Source: Octopus vulgaris (lineage: Eukaryota). Taken from it: a DNA stretch of 64,000 bases. This document shows positions 12,930 to 26,397 of this stretch, one piece after another (within the stretch, counting starts at the first letter, position 1; every line of letters starts with the position of its first letter). The position numbers and the translations under genes are program-made. The notes below the pieces were generated by a model, which worked only from the letters and a program-made list of their open reading frames with translations, was not told where the DNA came from and did not search any database. The stretch lies in the NCBI GenBank assembly GCA_951406725.2, contig OX597815.1, positions 31,310,001 through 31,374,000 on the forward strand, read 5' to 3'.

Positions 12930-13507
12930 ACATAAAGCAATATTATATATTCTTTATAAAAAAATAAATCAAGACCAAATTATTTTATCCCAGGTCAATT
13001 TATGGATCTTTTCGGTTTGAACGGCAGTTTTTAACATAATTTCTAGGTAACTAAAAAATTTTAAACTTCGTATACTGATAGAATGTGTTTATAAAACATC
13101 TTTTTCTCTTGGCTTTATTGAGAAAATTCTATAGTTTGTAAGATATTTGTTGTTTTTTTTCTTCAATTTCTGCAATTTCAACCAATCACTGACGTCTATT
13201 GAGGTAGAAAACATTTGGTGCCGTATGAATATGTCCCTCGTTTAAGAAACAGATTGGGTTTATTGTGAAGAAAAAAAGATACCCTTCCCCCCACCCTAAC
13301 CCTAACCCTAACTAACCCTAACCCTAAAACAGATTGAAATGCAATAGATCGATACTAGGGGTCATAATTATGGGTGACAATTTCATATGACACCGCTAGA
13401 AAAAACTGCCGTTCAAACCGAAAAGATCCCAATTTATTCATGCACCCCCAAGTATGGACCACTTCGTGCAGCCGTTTTCGCGTGAAAAGCGAACACATAC
13501 AGGTATA
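12930..13507 (-). mobile_element. Second copy of the Helitron 5'-terminal segment, interrupted by a MITE
   Basis: 12933-13003 plus 13430-13500 align colinearly with 12186-12310 (CCAAGTATGG...TTCGTGCAGCCG...TTTCGCGTGAAAAG). Confidence 0.7.
13004..13429. mobile_element. MITE with ~29-bp TIRs (GG...CC) and 8-bp TSD, Merlin-like; internal (TAACCC)n
   Basis: TIR GGATCTTTTCGGTTTGAACGGCAGTTTTT and its reverse complement at 13401-13429; TSD CAATTTAT at 12996-13003 and 13430-13437. Confidence 0.9.
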
Positions 13508-14017
13508 TCTATATATATAAAACTGTAGTTGTGTGAGTGTCTGTCCCCTACGATTTAGATTCCTAACTCCTCCCACATTTTGCGGTGCAGTTTAACCAAA
13601 TTCGGGTATCTTATAGTCGTGATTCATATCGAGCCCGTCTGACTATTAGCGCGCGTCTACGATGAGTCTACGATTTAAAAAATAATTTAACATCATTTTT
13701 TATTCCATTTTAATGCATAAAATGCATCGTGTGTCGATGGCGGCGGAGTTGGCGTCCACGCTCACAGCTGCACCTGTTTGCTTCTCCCCCTTCCCTCCCT
13801 CGTGAAGCTGTGGGGAAGGGAGTGTAAAGAAATCAACGTCGTAATGCGTTGTGAAGGAAACCAGCGTTCTTTTAGAACAACGACTTCATGGCTTGAAGAC
13901 ACCAAAACAAAAATGGCTAAGAAAGCCCGAATTGGCATCTATAAGGGAAGTAAATATGCTTATATAGTTATAGTTATTTCCCTTACAAACACGAGCAACG
14001 CCGGGCGATACTGCTAG
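13508..14017 (+). mobile_element. Complete non-autonomous Helitron (~510 bp)
   Basis: Starts TC after A, ends CTAG before T; GC-rich subterminal hairpin-like segment CGAGCAACGCCGGGCG; no TSD. Confidence 0.8.
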
Positions 14018-14074
14018 TTTTATATATAAGAAAAGAAGACACTAGTTCGAATATGTCAGTTAATAATAATGACG

Positions 14075-14260
14075 TCAAATTTTGGCGCGCAGCCAGCAAT
14101 TTTAGAGAAATTTTTAGTTGATTGTATTAATCAGTAGTTTATTGGTACTTTATTTTACCGATCTTGATTTAATCAATAGCAAAGTCGACCTCGGCAGAAC
14201 TCAGGACGTAGAGAGCCGAAAGAAATGCTGCTAAGCACATTGTCCTGTGTGCTAACGACT
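14075..14260 (-). mobile_element. SINE family A, degenerate
   Basis: GCAAAGTCGACCTCGGCAGAACTCAGGACG...GCTAAGCA...GTGCTAACGACTCTG resembles family A. Confidence 0.65.
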
Positions 14261-14272
14261 CTGTGTGTGTGT

Positions 14273-14311
<39 letters not shown>

Positions 14312-14480
14312 CGTGCGTGTGTGCGCGTACTTGTGTGTGTGTCAGTGTGTGTGCGTGCGTCTGTGCATGTGTGTGTGCGTGTGTGTGTCAGTGTGCGTGC
14401 GTGTGTCCATGTGTGTGTGTGTCAGTGTGCGTGCATCTGTGTGTGTGTGTTTGTGTGTACATGCACTTGTGTATATGTAT
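14261..14480. repeat. (TG)n-type compound microsatellite
   Basis: Direct inspection. Confidence 0.9.
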
Positions 14481-15140
14481 GTACCTTTCTGTTATACTGT
14501 CACTTACCATTGTTAGTTGACTCTGGAAATAATTTTCCGTATTTCTCCAATCTTTCTCAACTGGTAAATACAAAAAGTGTAGCAATACTTCCGGATTCTA
14601 CCAGACCTACCAATTTAAGGTATCCAATCACATTCATTTCGCACTGTCTCTTGCACTGGATGGTCTCTTAGCGGAGAAAGCTGACTGTTTATACACGGTT
14701 CACCTAAGTGTAGACATTTTTACATCACTTCCTACTCACCTCTAACGATATCAACTTTATCTTTCGGGATTGACTGTGTAAACACCTACTCTATGACATT
14801 GTTGTTCTTTTCACACACTTCGTCCTTTGAACAGTTAAATCTATTCCCGGCTTTTGAAAATAATATAAACAATGACTTTTTTTTCCTTTTTGTCACAACC
14901 GTTTCGTTACTCCACTGAAAGTTTGTCAGCCTGAGTTGTCTACCTTTCCGACATCGATCTTCGTCTTTCAAAATTTGGTCCAGTAAAACCCTTTGCTTGT
15001 CCTGTGTATTACATGTGATACACAGGACATATTTCTCTGGAGTCCATCCATGCATCATATATGATACATATTCTCATTTTGTTTTCCACCATCAGACTAA
15101 CTTGAGATTTATGAAGGGAAAGTTATATATGACTCAAAAC

Positions 15141-15540
15141 GTAGGAGTGGCTGTGTGGTAAGTAGCTTGCTTACGAACCGCATGGTTCCGGGTTCAGTCC
15201 CACTGCGTTGCACCTTGGGCAAGTGTCTTCTGCTATAGCCTTGGGCCGACCGAAGCCTTGTGAGTGGATTTGGTAGACGGAAACTGAAAGAAGCCCGTCA
15301 TATATGTATATATATATATGTGTATGTTTGTGTGTTGTGTTTGCCACTCTCCCTCAACAGCGCTTGACAACCGATGCTGTTGTGTTTACGTCCCCGTAAC
15401 TTAGCGCTTCGGCAAAAGAGACTGATAGAATAAGTACTAGGCTTACAAAGAATAAGTCCTGGGGTCGATTTCCTCGACTAAAGGCGATGCTCCAGCATGG
15501 CCGCAGTCAAATGACTGAAACAAGTAAATGAATAAATGAA
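15141..15540 (+). mobile_element. SINE family B, near full length
   Basis: tRNA-like head, CCTTGGGCAAGTG (CORE-like) motif, internal TA/TG tract, tail GGCGATGCTCCAGCATGGCCGCAG...CTGAAACAAGTAAA. Confidence 0.9.
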
Positions 15541-16019
15541 AAAAAAACGTATGAAACAAAGGCTAAGAGACTGAAAACAAACATGGACGCTTCGGACAAA
15601 CTTATGGAAATGCTTTGGATAGGCAAAAGGTTAATCCTTTGGCTTCATTTTTATCCATAAAGGAAATATGATTAATTTTCTATTTGCATTTCATGCCTTC
15701 CATTCTTTGCCTCGTTTCTTTCTTCTTTTTTTTAACGTTCCTTTCCTGTTGCCTGCGTTCTGGTCCCAAATACAAGGCATAATGCACTAATATATGCGAA
15801 TGTAAAAGTACAACGGATTTGCATTTATCGTAAAATTTACGAAATTGAAATTAACACTCAGAGAAAATAATCGAGAACGAAACATATTTTAAATTTAGAG
15901 CATCCTTAAAACATGTTTATATGTATCATATGCAAAAACTCATACTTACATGTAGATATACATATATACGTAGATAGGTACATACGTACGTACAGGAATG
16001 CATATATAAATAGATACTT

Positions 16020-16320
<301 letters not shown>

Positions 16321-16481
16321 AGCCAGTGAGAGTGTTAGGCAGAAGAAACTTCCACACACTTGAATAAAGAGCTCAGAGCTATTTTACACGTAAGAGTACA
16401 CCGTATAATTATTTAACAAAGATGAAAATATTTATTGCTCACACATGTGCTTATATATCTGTGTGTATATATACATATATA

Positions 16482-16513
<32 letters not shown>

Positions 16514-16545
16514 CATACATATATGCACACACACACACACACACT

Positions 16546-16599
<54 letters not shown>

Positions 16600-17698
16600 T
16601 ATGTATATACACACACACACACATAAGCGTATATGTACAGAAGCCATTAAATGTATTATTACTTTTATAGATTTTCTGATCCAATACCTAGCCATTTATT
16701 GATTTTTCCCCTTCCACTTCCCCCATTTCTTTATGTTTCTCCGATGGTTGCATCGTCTAGTCCTGCCGATCGTTTGGGTCTTTCTTTCTTCCACAATTTA
16801 CGCATACAACATTTACATTTGCGTGTTTACTCGTTACTTTTTATCTTTTGATATCTCTTACATACATCAAATGACAGCTTTTGAGATCTTCACACCCACT
16901 TCCCATTGCAACTGCCTCGCAAATCACTCCTATTTTATAACCGTTGCATCTTGTGTTTATTTAGGATGCTGGTACTATTACCATCAAAACGATCTTGTAT
17001 ATGCGGCTGGCAATATGCTGCATCTAATTCATCAAATATCTTCAACGTGTCGGATAATGTTCACTCGGTCGCCTTCTCTTGTTCGAAGACATGTAACCCA
17101 CCTAATACCATCCACTGGGTTTTTTGTTTACATATGGCTACGTAACTTCCGGTTTGGGAGTAGAAGCCGGAAGTTTTAGCTAATTTGTCTTTTAAGTCCT
17201 CCCACGGCCTCTTTCATATAAGATATCTCTCTTTTCACTGTACCTCCATGATCTTTCCGTCTCACAAGCTTCTCACCATTAGCTTCCTAAAAATCTATGT
17301 TCAAAAGTATGAAATTTATCTAAATTGAAACATTAGGCATCTACTAACACTGCCCTTGGATTGTGAACAGTGAGATGAAAGGGATAAATGAAAAGTTGGA
17401 TGGTTGAGGTCGTTTTCAATTTATCGCATGTTTATTATTAAAAGCGTGTGCAGGTCACGACGGTCTAAAGAAGGACAAAACAGAGTAACGTCAAAAAGTT
17501 CTATTCAGAGTAGGAGCGTGTGCATTCACAGAAAAGATAGTGTTCCTGCGAAAGTGGAGAGAATGTTAGTGTTAGTATAGTCATTTCGTTTCACAATACA
17601 TCATTTGACAGTTGCAGCTATGGAGAACCTTGCCGAATATAAGAATTTGATTGACGTTATGCCTCAAGCCTCCTGGCATTTAGTCTTTCTGTCTATCT

Positions 17699-18022
17699 CA
17701 GTGGTTCTCATCTGGGGGTCTATACGGCCGTTGAGGGTCCATATAAGATTTTGCGGTGTCCACACAACAAAATAGTAAATTTGGGAAACCACAACAGAAT
17801 TTTAAGGGACCCTGAAAAAAAATTTTATTTAGATGTATGTATTAGTATGTTTTGCAAGAAACAGCTAAGTTTCTTTTTCAAACATTTTACATACTTCAAC
17901 CCACACAAGTTAATGGATGAAAAGGCATTTCGAAAGAAGTTTCAACAAAACTAGTTTTTAAACATAGTATGGCTGTGGAGATGCAGCAGAATGAAATAGT
18001 AATCGAAAGGTTGAGAACCCTG
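17699..18022. mobile_element. hAT-type MITE
   Basis: Ends CAGTGGTTCTCA / TGAGAACCCTG; near-perfect 8-bp TSD GTCTATCT (17691-17698) and GTCTATCA (18023-18030). Confidence 0.75.
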
Positions 18023-18515
18023 GTCTATCATTTCTTCGGAGCTGGTCTCTTTCCTAGGCTCCAGAAGAAATGGAAGAAATCAAATTGGACAGATCTGTAG
18101 TGACGTCATCACTCAACAAAATCAGGTGTTGTTCATATAAAATTTTATTGGCGAGATTATTCCTGGCGTTATTACGTACTTTGCCAAAATTCTGATTATT
18201 GATTACAAACAAACTCCAGATCTAAATCAAAGAGCCACCGTGCAACAGGTCTTTTTTTTTTTTTTGTCTTTGCTTTTGATAGCACTTATTTTCCTTGAGG
18301 TTGCATAAACTATGCCATATGGAGTCTGATTGCGTTTTGCAAATCAGCAAGTTCTCTCCATGACAAGTTCGTCTGCCAACGAAACGAATGAGATCTCGTG
18401 GAAAGATTCTATTAATAAACTATGTAACTGTATCTTACGTTGCAGAGAGTTTTATTTTTCCTTCTCCTTTAAAATATATATAATTGCGTGTTTTATAAAC
18501 ACACATCGTATAAAG

Positions 18516-18766
18516 TAGTAGTCCTCAACCATTTTTTTAAAACTATGGACCCCTTTAATTTCTATTTTACTCTACTGAACCTCTATTGATATTCAATGTA
18601 TTAAAAACCCTGTTGTATTTATATAATTAAATTTTAGGAACTGTGTAAAAACATTAATATATTTTGCATGTTGTAGAAATATAAGCAATTTATGTGCAAT
18701 ACATTTTGATACCAAAATCTTATATGGGCCCCAAAAGGCTATATGGATCCCAGTTGAAAACTATTG
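18516..18766. mobile_element. hAT-type MITE related to 17699-18022, opposite orientation
   Basis: Ends TAGTAGTCCTCAAC / GTTGAAAACTATTG; 8-bp TSD GTATAAAG versus GTTTAAAG. Confidence 0.65.
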
Positions 18767-18874
18767 GTTTAAAGGGTGGAGGTGTTCTTCGATGACGAAA
18801 AACACCAGCAATCAGGTATTCACCTATGAATATGCTACAAATATTAAGACAGAAATGTATTATTATTATTATTA

Positions 18875-20229
18875 TTCTATGTTTGACTTTTGCTTTATAT
18901 TTGTACAAGTTGGCTCCAAGTCTCACCCAGAGACCTCAAGAGACAACAGGGTTGGAAGTTCATGTTGTTGTTATGCCTAGTGTGCCATATATTTGGGGGT
19001 GGGGATGTTGTACTAATGAATGTCTAAAAAAAAAAAGTTTTTTTTTTTTTTTTTTTTTTTTAAACCGAAAATTATGTTTGTTTTAAACCTTGAGATTACA
19101 TAGAGAGTATTTTGCGTAGGATATGAGCAGTTCCCATGAGCACTATCTTTTGAACTTCTGCCATTTTTGGGTTTCCTGGTATCTGAGTTAGGTAGCTATC
19201 AGCCCCTTTTGCTATCATTCCCAGGGCACCTATGACAACAGGTATTGTTTTAGTCTTCAGCTTCCACATTTTGCTGATTTCTATTTCAAGATCTTTATAT
19301 TTGCTCAGTTTTTGGTAGGTCTTGACAGATACGTTTATATCGATTGGGACAGTCATATCAATGAGGAGGCATGTTCTTTGTTTGAAGTTTTTCAATATGA
19401 TGTCTGGCCTATTTGCATCTATCTTCCTGTCAGTTTGAATGGTGAAGTTCCAGAGGAGTGAGATGTGGTCATTTTCAAGCACTGGGGGTGGTTTGTGTTC
19501 CCACCAGTTTTTTTCATGGGGCAAATCCAGGTTTTTACAGATTACCCAGTGAATATATTGTGCAGCTCTATCGTGCCTGTTGAGATACTCTGTAGGCGCT
19601 AGAAGACTGCACTTGGAGACCACATGGTCAATGGTTTCATTTTGTTGCTTGCATACACGACACGTTGGACTGCTTCTGATCTTTAATATGTTGGCCTGGT
19701 AGTTTCTTGTTGGTAGGCATTGATCTTGAGCTGCTATGATAAACCCCTCTGTTTCAGATTTTAAGCCAGAGGCCATTAGCCATTGATGGGTCAGGGCTTT
19801 GTCGATATCTGCATTATTCGCTCTCTTTGGGTATTTGCCATAGAGAGGTTTTTCTTGCCATTTATTATTCAGAATATCTAAGGCCGCAGTTTTGGCACGG
19901 GTTTTCATGCGCCTAGCTTTTTCTGTGCTTGTTTCTTGTATATCTATCTCTAATTCCGAAATTGGTTGTATTCGGAATTCACTTAGATATTCCTTTGCCT
20001 GTTTTGTGACTGAGTATGATGCTTTCTTGTTTTCATGTTTTGAGACAAGTTTTAGCATCCAGTCCTCAGAGTTTTTCAGGTAGGTGTCTAGGCCAATTGT
20101 AGCAATCTTCATTGTTATTGCCAGTTGCAAAAGACCACGGCCTCCCTCTTTTCTTGGCAGATAGAGTCGTTCTGTATCTGCCTTAGGGTGGTGCATTCTA
20201 TGCATTGTCAACAGTTTCCTTATTTTTCC

Positions 20230-20230
<1 letters not shown>
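18875..20230 (-). mobile_element. 5'-truncated R4/Dong-clade non-LTR retrotransposon between (TAA)n tracts
   Basis: Uninterrupted 371-aa frame plus ~220-bp 3' UTR; (ATT)n at 18857-18875 and 20230-20277. Confidence 0.9.
19096..20211 (-). CDS. Partial retrotransposon ORF: post-RT region, CCHC zinc knuckle and PD-(D/E)xK restriction-like endonuclease (RT core missing)
   Basis: RLYLPRKEGGRGL; CRVC...ETIDHVVSKC; RHD; NRPDII...LLIDMTVP...KLSKYKDL. Confidence 0.85.
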   Translation of the reverse strand: MTMHRMHHPKADTERLYLPRKEGGRGLLQLAITMKIATIGLDTYLKNSEDWMLKLVSKHENKKASYSVTKQAKEYLSEFRIQPISELEIDIQETSTEKARRMKTRAKTAALDILNNKWQEKPLYGKYPKRANNADIDKALTHQWLMASGLKSETEGFIIAAQDQCLPTRNYQANILKIRSSPTCRVCKQQNETIDHVVSKCSLLAPTEYLNRHDRAAQYIHWVICKNLDLPHEKNWWEHKPPPVLENDHISLLWNFTIQTDRKIDANRPDIILKNFKQRTCLLIDMTVPIDINVSVKTYQKLSKYKDLEIEISKMWKLKTKTIPVVIGALGMIAKGADSYLTQIPGNPKMAEVQKIVLMGTAHILRKILSM

Positions 20231-20279
<49 letters not shown>

Positions 20280-20288
20280 GCAGATTTA

Positions 20289-20491
20289 CGAGGGAGTATT
20301 GAAAGGTTCCTGACTTTGAGTAAAAGAAAATACAGGATTGTTTTATTCCACATATTTCCCTCTAAGATTCACACACTTATTGCACTGGTCCTTCAGTTTT
20401 TTTAAGCCCTGAAAAAGAACTCGGAACATTGAGCCTCCAGCCAGGCTTTTCACAATACCCCTAAAGCCAAGAACTTTTTAGCACCCTCTCA
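20289..20491. mobile_element. mariner-like MITE, copy 1 (TA-flanked)
   Basis: TA|CGAGGGAGTATTGAAAGGTTCC...AAGAACTTTTTAGCACCCTCTCA|TA; similar to copy 2. Confidence 0.7.
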
Positions 20492-20559
20492 TATGTATGT
20501 ATGTATGTATATATGTATGTATGTATATATTATGTATGTATGTATGTATGTATGTATTA

Positions 20560-20777
20560 TGAAGGGATGCTGAAAAGTTTCTAGCTTCGGGTAAAAGAAA
20601 ACACAGGAGGATCAGTTAATTATGATTTTATTTAACATATTCCCCTCTTAGATTCACACACTTATTGCAGCGATCCTTCAGGTTTTCTAAGCCCTGTAAA
20701 AGAACTCGGAACGTTGATCCCTCCAGCCAGGCCTTTCACGAGACCTTAAAAGCTAAGAACTTTTCAGCACGCCTTCG
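20560..20777. mobile_element. mariner-like MITE, copy 2 (TA-flanked)
   Basis: TA|TGAAGGGATGCTGAAAAGTT...AACTTTTCAGCACGCCTTCG|TA. Confidence 0.75.
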
Positions 20778-21293
20778 TAGATTTTTATGAACATTCAACT
20801 AAAAACTTGACACTTCATGGTCTATAGTTGCGTCATCAGGAGTAAATAAAACCAAGATATATTAAGATTTATCCTCCTCCGACTGGGAATGGTATTGGTT
20901 GCATCTCTATGAATGTAACCAGTTTCAAGACAAATAACTAGCATCAAAAGAAAACACACTCTCAGATAACTACATACGTGTATATAATACAAATGCACTT
21001 TAACAAATGCAAACATAGATTTTTCAACCTCTGTTTAATTTACTACGCACTTAATTATAACGAATTAATTAGAATTTGGCATTGTTTACATCATCGTGTA
21101 TTTACACATATATTTGATGATGCTTTCATTTCCGATGATTGGAACCTGAGATGCTCTGCAAAGCTTATAAAGTTGAAGCTGCAATAGACGAAGGACAGAA
21201 GTAATTACTTATGTGCATTTATGTAATTTACTTATTAATAATTTTATAAATACATATATGTATGTACGTGCATATATATATAGACATACATAA

Positions 21294-21352
<59 letters not shown>

Positions 21353-21555
21353 CATACATACATAATTCAATTTGTGTATAATTATAGAAATAATTCAATT
21401 CTAGATTACAAATGTGGGCCTAAAAGAAAACGAACAAACTCTCTCTTTTTTCTCTTTCTCTCTCCCTCTCAAGCACGCACATGCACACACACACACACAC
21501 ACACACGAAAACACAAACACAGACACACATATACATACATAAACACACATGTAGG

Positions 21556-21683
21556 AAAGAAGAAGGGGGAGGGGGATGAGGAGAAGAAGAAGAAGAAGAA
21601 GAAGAAGAAGAAGAAAAGGGAGGATGATGATGATGATGATGATGAGGAGGAGGAGGAGGAGGAGGAGGAGGGGGAGGAGGAGA
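21556..21683. repeat. (GAA)n(GAT)n(GAG)n compound triplet repeat
   Basis: Direct inspection. Confidence 0.9.
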
Positions 21684-21817
21684 AGCTAACGACAGTAATA
21701 AACGAGTAAAGGACAATATATAGTAAATCATTAAGACAAATGGGAAAGACGATATAATTGATAACCATCACAATTATGTATGTATGTATGTATATATGTA
21801 TTATGTGGGTATATGTA

Positions 21818-21857
<40 letters not shown>

Positions 21858-21879
21858 TGTGTGTGTGTGTGTGGTGTGT

Positions 21880-22228
21880 AAGGCTGTATCATGCGCGGGG
21901 ACATAGAAATAATCGGACTGAATACCCGATCGCGCGGTTAAACCATTGGGAGTAAAGGACTCCTAGCCTTTGTTAGAGCATCCTTCTAGGAGAAGGTAAC
22001 TCAGGTAACTGGGATAACTCCGACATAAAACCTGCGGCTCAGTGGTTACCGATGAATTTGACTTGTTCTTCTTTTCGGATTATGGCTGCTGTTGCTTAGT
22101 GAGATTGACTCAGTGCACAGCCTTTCCTCACTTAAAACAAAAATCTTCTTGCACAGGCATTGCACGATAACAACATTGATTAAGCTACCTGCAATGGCCG
22201 TACTCGATAACGAGGGGGCAGCCACCAT
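21880..22228 (+). mobile_element. Probable RTE-type retroelement 5' UTR-derived repeat
   Basis: CTAGGAGAAGGTAACTC...AAAACC resembles RTE 5' leaders as I recall them; GC-richer island between microsatellites. Confidence 0.35.
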
Positions 22229-22829
22229 ACATGTATGTGTGTATGTGTGTATATGTATGTATGTGTGTCTATATGTCTGTGTGTGGTGTGCGTGTAAGTA
22301 TGTGTAATAATGTGTGTGTACGTGTCTGTATTTATGTATGCGTGCATGCATGTATATATGCATGTATGCATTGCAGAGACAAGTAGCTTCACCACCTGAG
22401 CTGCGCCTAGGCTGTTTCCAGAAGCAAGTGCCTTGTCCCAAATACACTTACCAGCTCTCAACTCATGGATACGCCTTGAAGGAAAGACAACTCAGTACGT
22501 TCACAGCATCCACAGAGCTACAAAGTATGCCAAATATTGGTTAAGTATAACTGTTCGTAACTATCTTTGCGTCTCTGCCTCTAGATTTTCTATAGAAATT
22601 ACTCCTTTAGCTTATTTTTTAATGCTCAATAAATTACCCCATAAGGCAACAAAGGTTTCTTATAGTGGCCTTGCTTTGTGCAGAGCTAGTCCCGCTCTCA
22701 CGTCCTTCAAACTACGTGGTATTTATTTGGTACGAGTGTCACGAATCCATTTGTTATCAGGACGTAGGATTTGTTACGGGGTACCTTCTCATAGGCCTCT
22801 GAACAGGAATCGCCATGCTTTTGACAAAA

Positions 22830-23060
22830 TTTGATGCAGATTCTTTGCTCGACTTGCTCTGTCATGGTCAATGCGACAACCACACGCTACACACCTTCCT
22901 TCCGAGCACTACTGTAAACAGCGGAAGTAAAATAGAACGTTAAAACTTATTGCGCATGCACATCAGAGATCAAGGTCAATCTTTGCCAAGTGGCTTCACC
23001 CAACGTGATTTAGCTTCGTTACTATGGCAACAGTCCGTATACTTATTGATCAGACTGCGT
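22830..23060 (-). mobile_element. mariner-like element terminal fragment
   Basis: TA|CGCAGTCTGATCAATAAGTATACGGAC terminus; AAAGAATCTGCATCAAATTTTG encodes RICIKF, typical of mariner N-termini. Confidence 0.55.
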
Positions 23061-24022
23061 ACACATACATGAATATGCCCTTAGTTTAATGGCTCCATTA
23101 ATTCCACAATGCTACAGGGATTATATAAATTTATTTTTCGTGTAATAAGCTACGAAATTTTTACATTCTCTTCATTTACTGTGTAATTAAGACTACCTTA
23201 TGGTCCCAGCAGACAAAATGGAAAAGGCGTTGCCCCAGACGATGGCTAGGGAGATTCGCTGGAACAGCCACTCTGAATCACAGAGCTCACACTTACGGAT
23301 AGCCATCTCCATCACGATGGCTGTGACCATGGGGTATGGTCCTGGGCCCGAAGACGCAAGAGGTGTTCACTGGCACAGGCTCGACCCTAAGCCTTTCGGT
23401 GAGCGACCGATATTTTTAAGATTTGCTTTCCGCAGCCTGACGAGTTGCGGAGCCTGGTAGCTGAACGCACCAAGTTGCCGATGGAAGAGGTATTATAACA
23501 TGTGGTGTCCCAGTTGAGGGACTTACCATCACGGAACGGGAACACTGTTGTATCTTCAAGCTTTTACTGTCCTTTCGTTTTAGCCCCGCTGGCTCGAGCT
23601 GGAAAGGGATGCTTGCTGTGTCTAGGCTAAGCATGACGTGGAAGGCAGCCAGCACTAATTCCATAGCAACTATACACATAAAGCAACGACCAAAGACTAT
23701 AACACTATCGCCACCTCTACACTATCGATTATCAGTACAACCACAAGCCAAGAAAGGACTTCTACATGAACTTTATAATTGTGTAAAACTACAGCGAAAG
23801 ATCCCTCAAATATCAATCAAATTACACCTTATCTTCTAATTGACGAAAATTGGCTAATGTGGTCTCGAGATGCCTTGCGTGTTGAAAAATCATGGGATGG
23901 TCATGGGTGGATCGCTTTGATGGGTTGACAGGCGGAGTGTTGGAATAGCTGTCCCACCAGTAGCATAAGAACCGCGACCTCCACCACAGTTGCTACTAGC
24001 ACCACTATCACCACAACTACCA

Positions 24023-24452
24023 CCGCTACCATCACCGTCACCACCACTCTACTACAGCCGCTACCATCACCGTCACCACCACTCTACTACAACCGCTACC
24101 ATCACCGTCACCACCACTCTACTACAACCGCTACCATCACCGTCACCACCACTCTACTACAACCGCTACCATCACCGTCACCACCACTCTACTACAACCG
24201 CTACCATCACCATCACCACCACTCTACTACAACCGCTACCATCACCGTCACCACCACTCTACTACAACCGCTACCATCACCGTCACCACCACTCTACTAC
24301 AACCGCTACCATCACCGTCACCACCACTCTACTACCACCGTTACCATCACCGTCACCACCACTCTACTACAATCACTACCATCACCGTCACCACCACTCT
24401 ACTACAACCGCTACCATCACCGTCACCACCACTCTACTACAACCGCTACCAT
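24023..24452. repeat. Minisatellite, 35-bp unit, 12 full copies plus 10 bp
   Basis: Unit CCGCTACCATCACCGTCACCACCACTCTACTACAA recurs every 35 bp from 24023 to 24443. Confidence 0.95.
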
Positions 24453-24947
24453 TAATACAGCTATCTCTACCACCACCGGCACGAACACCTACTACACTAC
24501 TACAACACCCACAACCACCGCCATGAACCCGACACTCCACCACCAACTACCCTCATCATCATCACCACCACCCAGCCCCATCATTACCATCACCACCACC
24601 ACCGCCACTCCCGCCGCCGTTCACTCTCCAATCATTCAACACTACTGCCATATCAGTCAAATCTGTCACCTCCCACACATACAAGTCAAGAGTTTTTGTT
24701 TTGTTTCCTTTGCCCCTACCCAATTCCTCCCCAATTCCTTCCCAAACTTTGACCCCTTTATTTTTCACTGCAAACGACCCCTTTTTTTTTTTCAAACCCT
24801 TAATCAACGGTTTTCTCTGTATGCATGTGTAAGTGTATGTGTGCGCGCACGTGTATGTGTGTTTGTGTGCGTGTGTGTGTGTGTGTGTGCGTGTGTGTGT
24901 GTGTGTGTGCGTGTGTGTGTGTGTGTGCGCGTGTGTGTGTGCGTGTC

Positions 24948-24993
<46 letters not shown>

Positions 24994-25667
24994 AGTTAAT
25001 GGCGAAACCAGAAAATTGTTCCTACGACTGGAAGAGCGCGTACACACACACAATCACGCATACACATACAACAAACAGGAACGGACATATACACAGGCAC
25101 AATCGAACAAGTAGTTACACACACACATACACAGAGACACACACACACAGACACACACACATACACACACCTATGGGCAAGTACACATAGACACTCAAAA
25201 ACCAGTAGCAGACTCACACACACGTCAACACTCGTACATAGACATGTAAGTCATATAGATAGAAAGACACTCACGCACACATAAACACACAAACACACAC
25301 ACACAGAGTCATATACACGCAAACATGCACATTTCTGGGTGGGGATCAGTGGAGGGGTTGGCAGGAGAAAGAACGAAAATAATGGTGTTATGTTTGTTAT
25401 GGTGTGATGAGAGAAAGGAGTAACGGAAAGAATTGGGGTAGAGAACATACATGTGTGTGTGTGTGTGTGTATGTGTGTGCGAGTGTGTGAGTGTGTGTGT
25501 ACGTGTGCGTGTGTGTACGCGTGCGCATGTATGTGCGTGCGCGTACTACATATATAAATATATATTGCATTATACACACACAGACACACACACACATATA
25601 TATACATATATACGCACATATATATATATACACATTTATATACATATATACATTTATATTCTTTTTT

Positions 25668-26084
<417 letters not shown>

Positions 26085-26341
26085 GTATATCCACTATCCC
26101 AGTATATGAGAGATATTTTAGAAACCCCGGATGGATGAAAGGCAAAGTGGTGGACCTGGGCAAGATTGGAACTCAGAACCTAAAGAGTCAGAATTAATAA
26201 CGTAAAGAATATTTTCCGATGCTGTAATAATAAAGGAGACAGGCCAAGATATATGCATACGACCCTTCTATGAATGCTTATAGCAAAATACGATGCGTGT
26301 GTGAGTGAGTGCGTGTGTGTGTGTGTGAGAGAGTATGTGAG

Positions 26342-26397
<56 letters not shown>

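Noticed and set aside
13294-13326. (TAACCC)n as evidence of a telomere or chromosome fusion
   Set aside because: Only about five imperfect units, internal to a TIR/TSD-bounded MITE.
14786-15058. 90-aa ORF with a CxxC motif
   Set aside because: No recognisable family and no supporting splice signals; may be a decayed transposon.
24023-24452. 35-bp repeat as a CRISPR array or extensin/mucin-like CDS
   Set aside because: Units are contiguous with no spacers, there are no cas genes, the context is eukaryotic, and the unit length is not a multiple of three.
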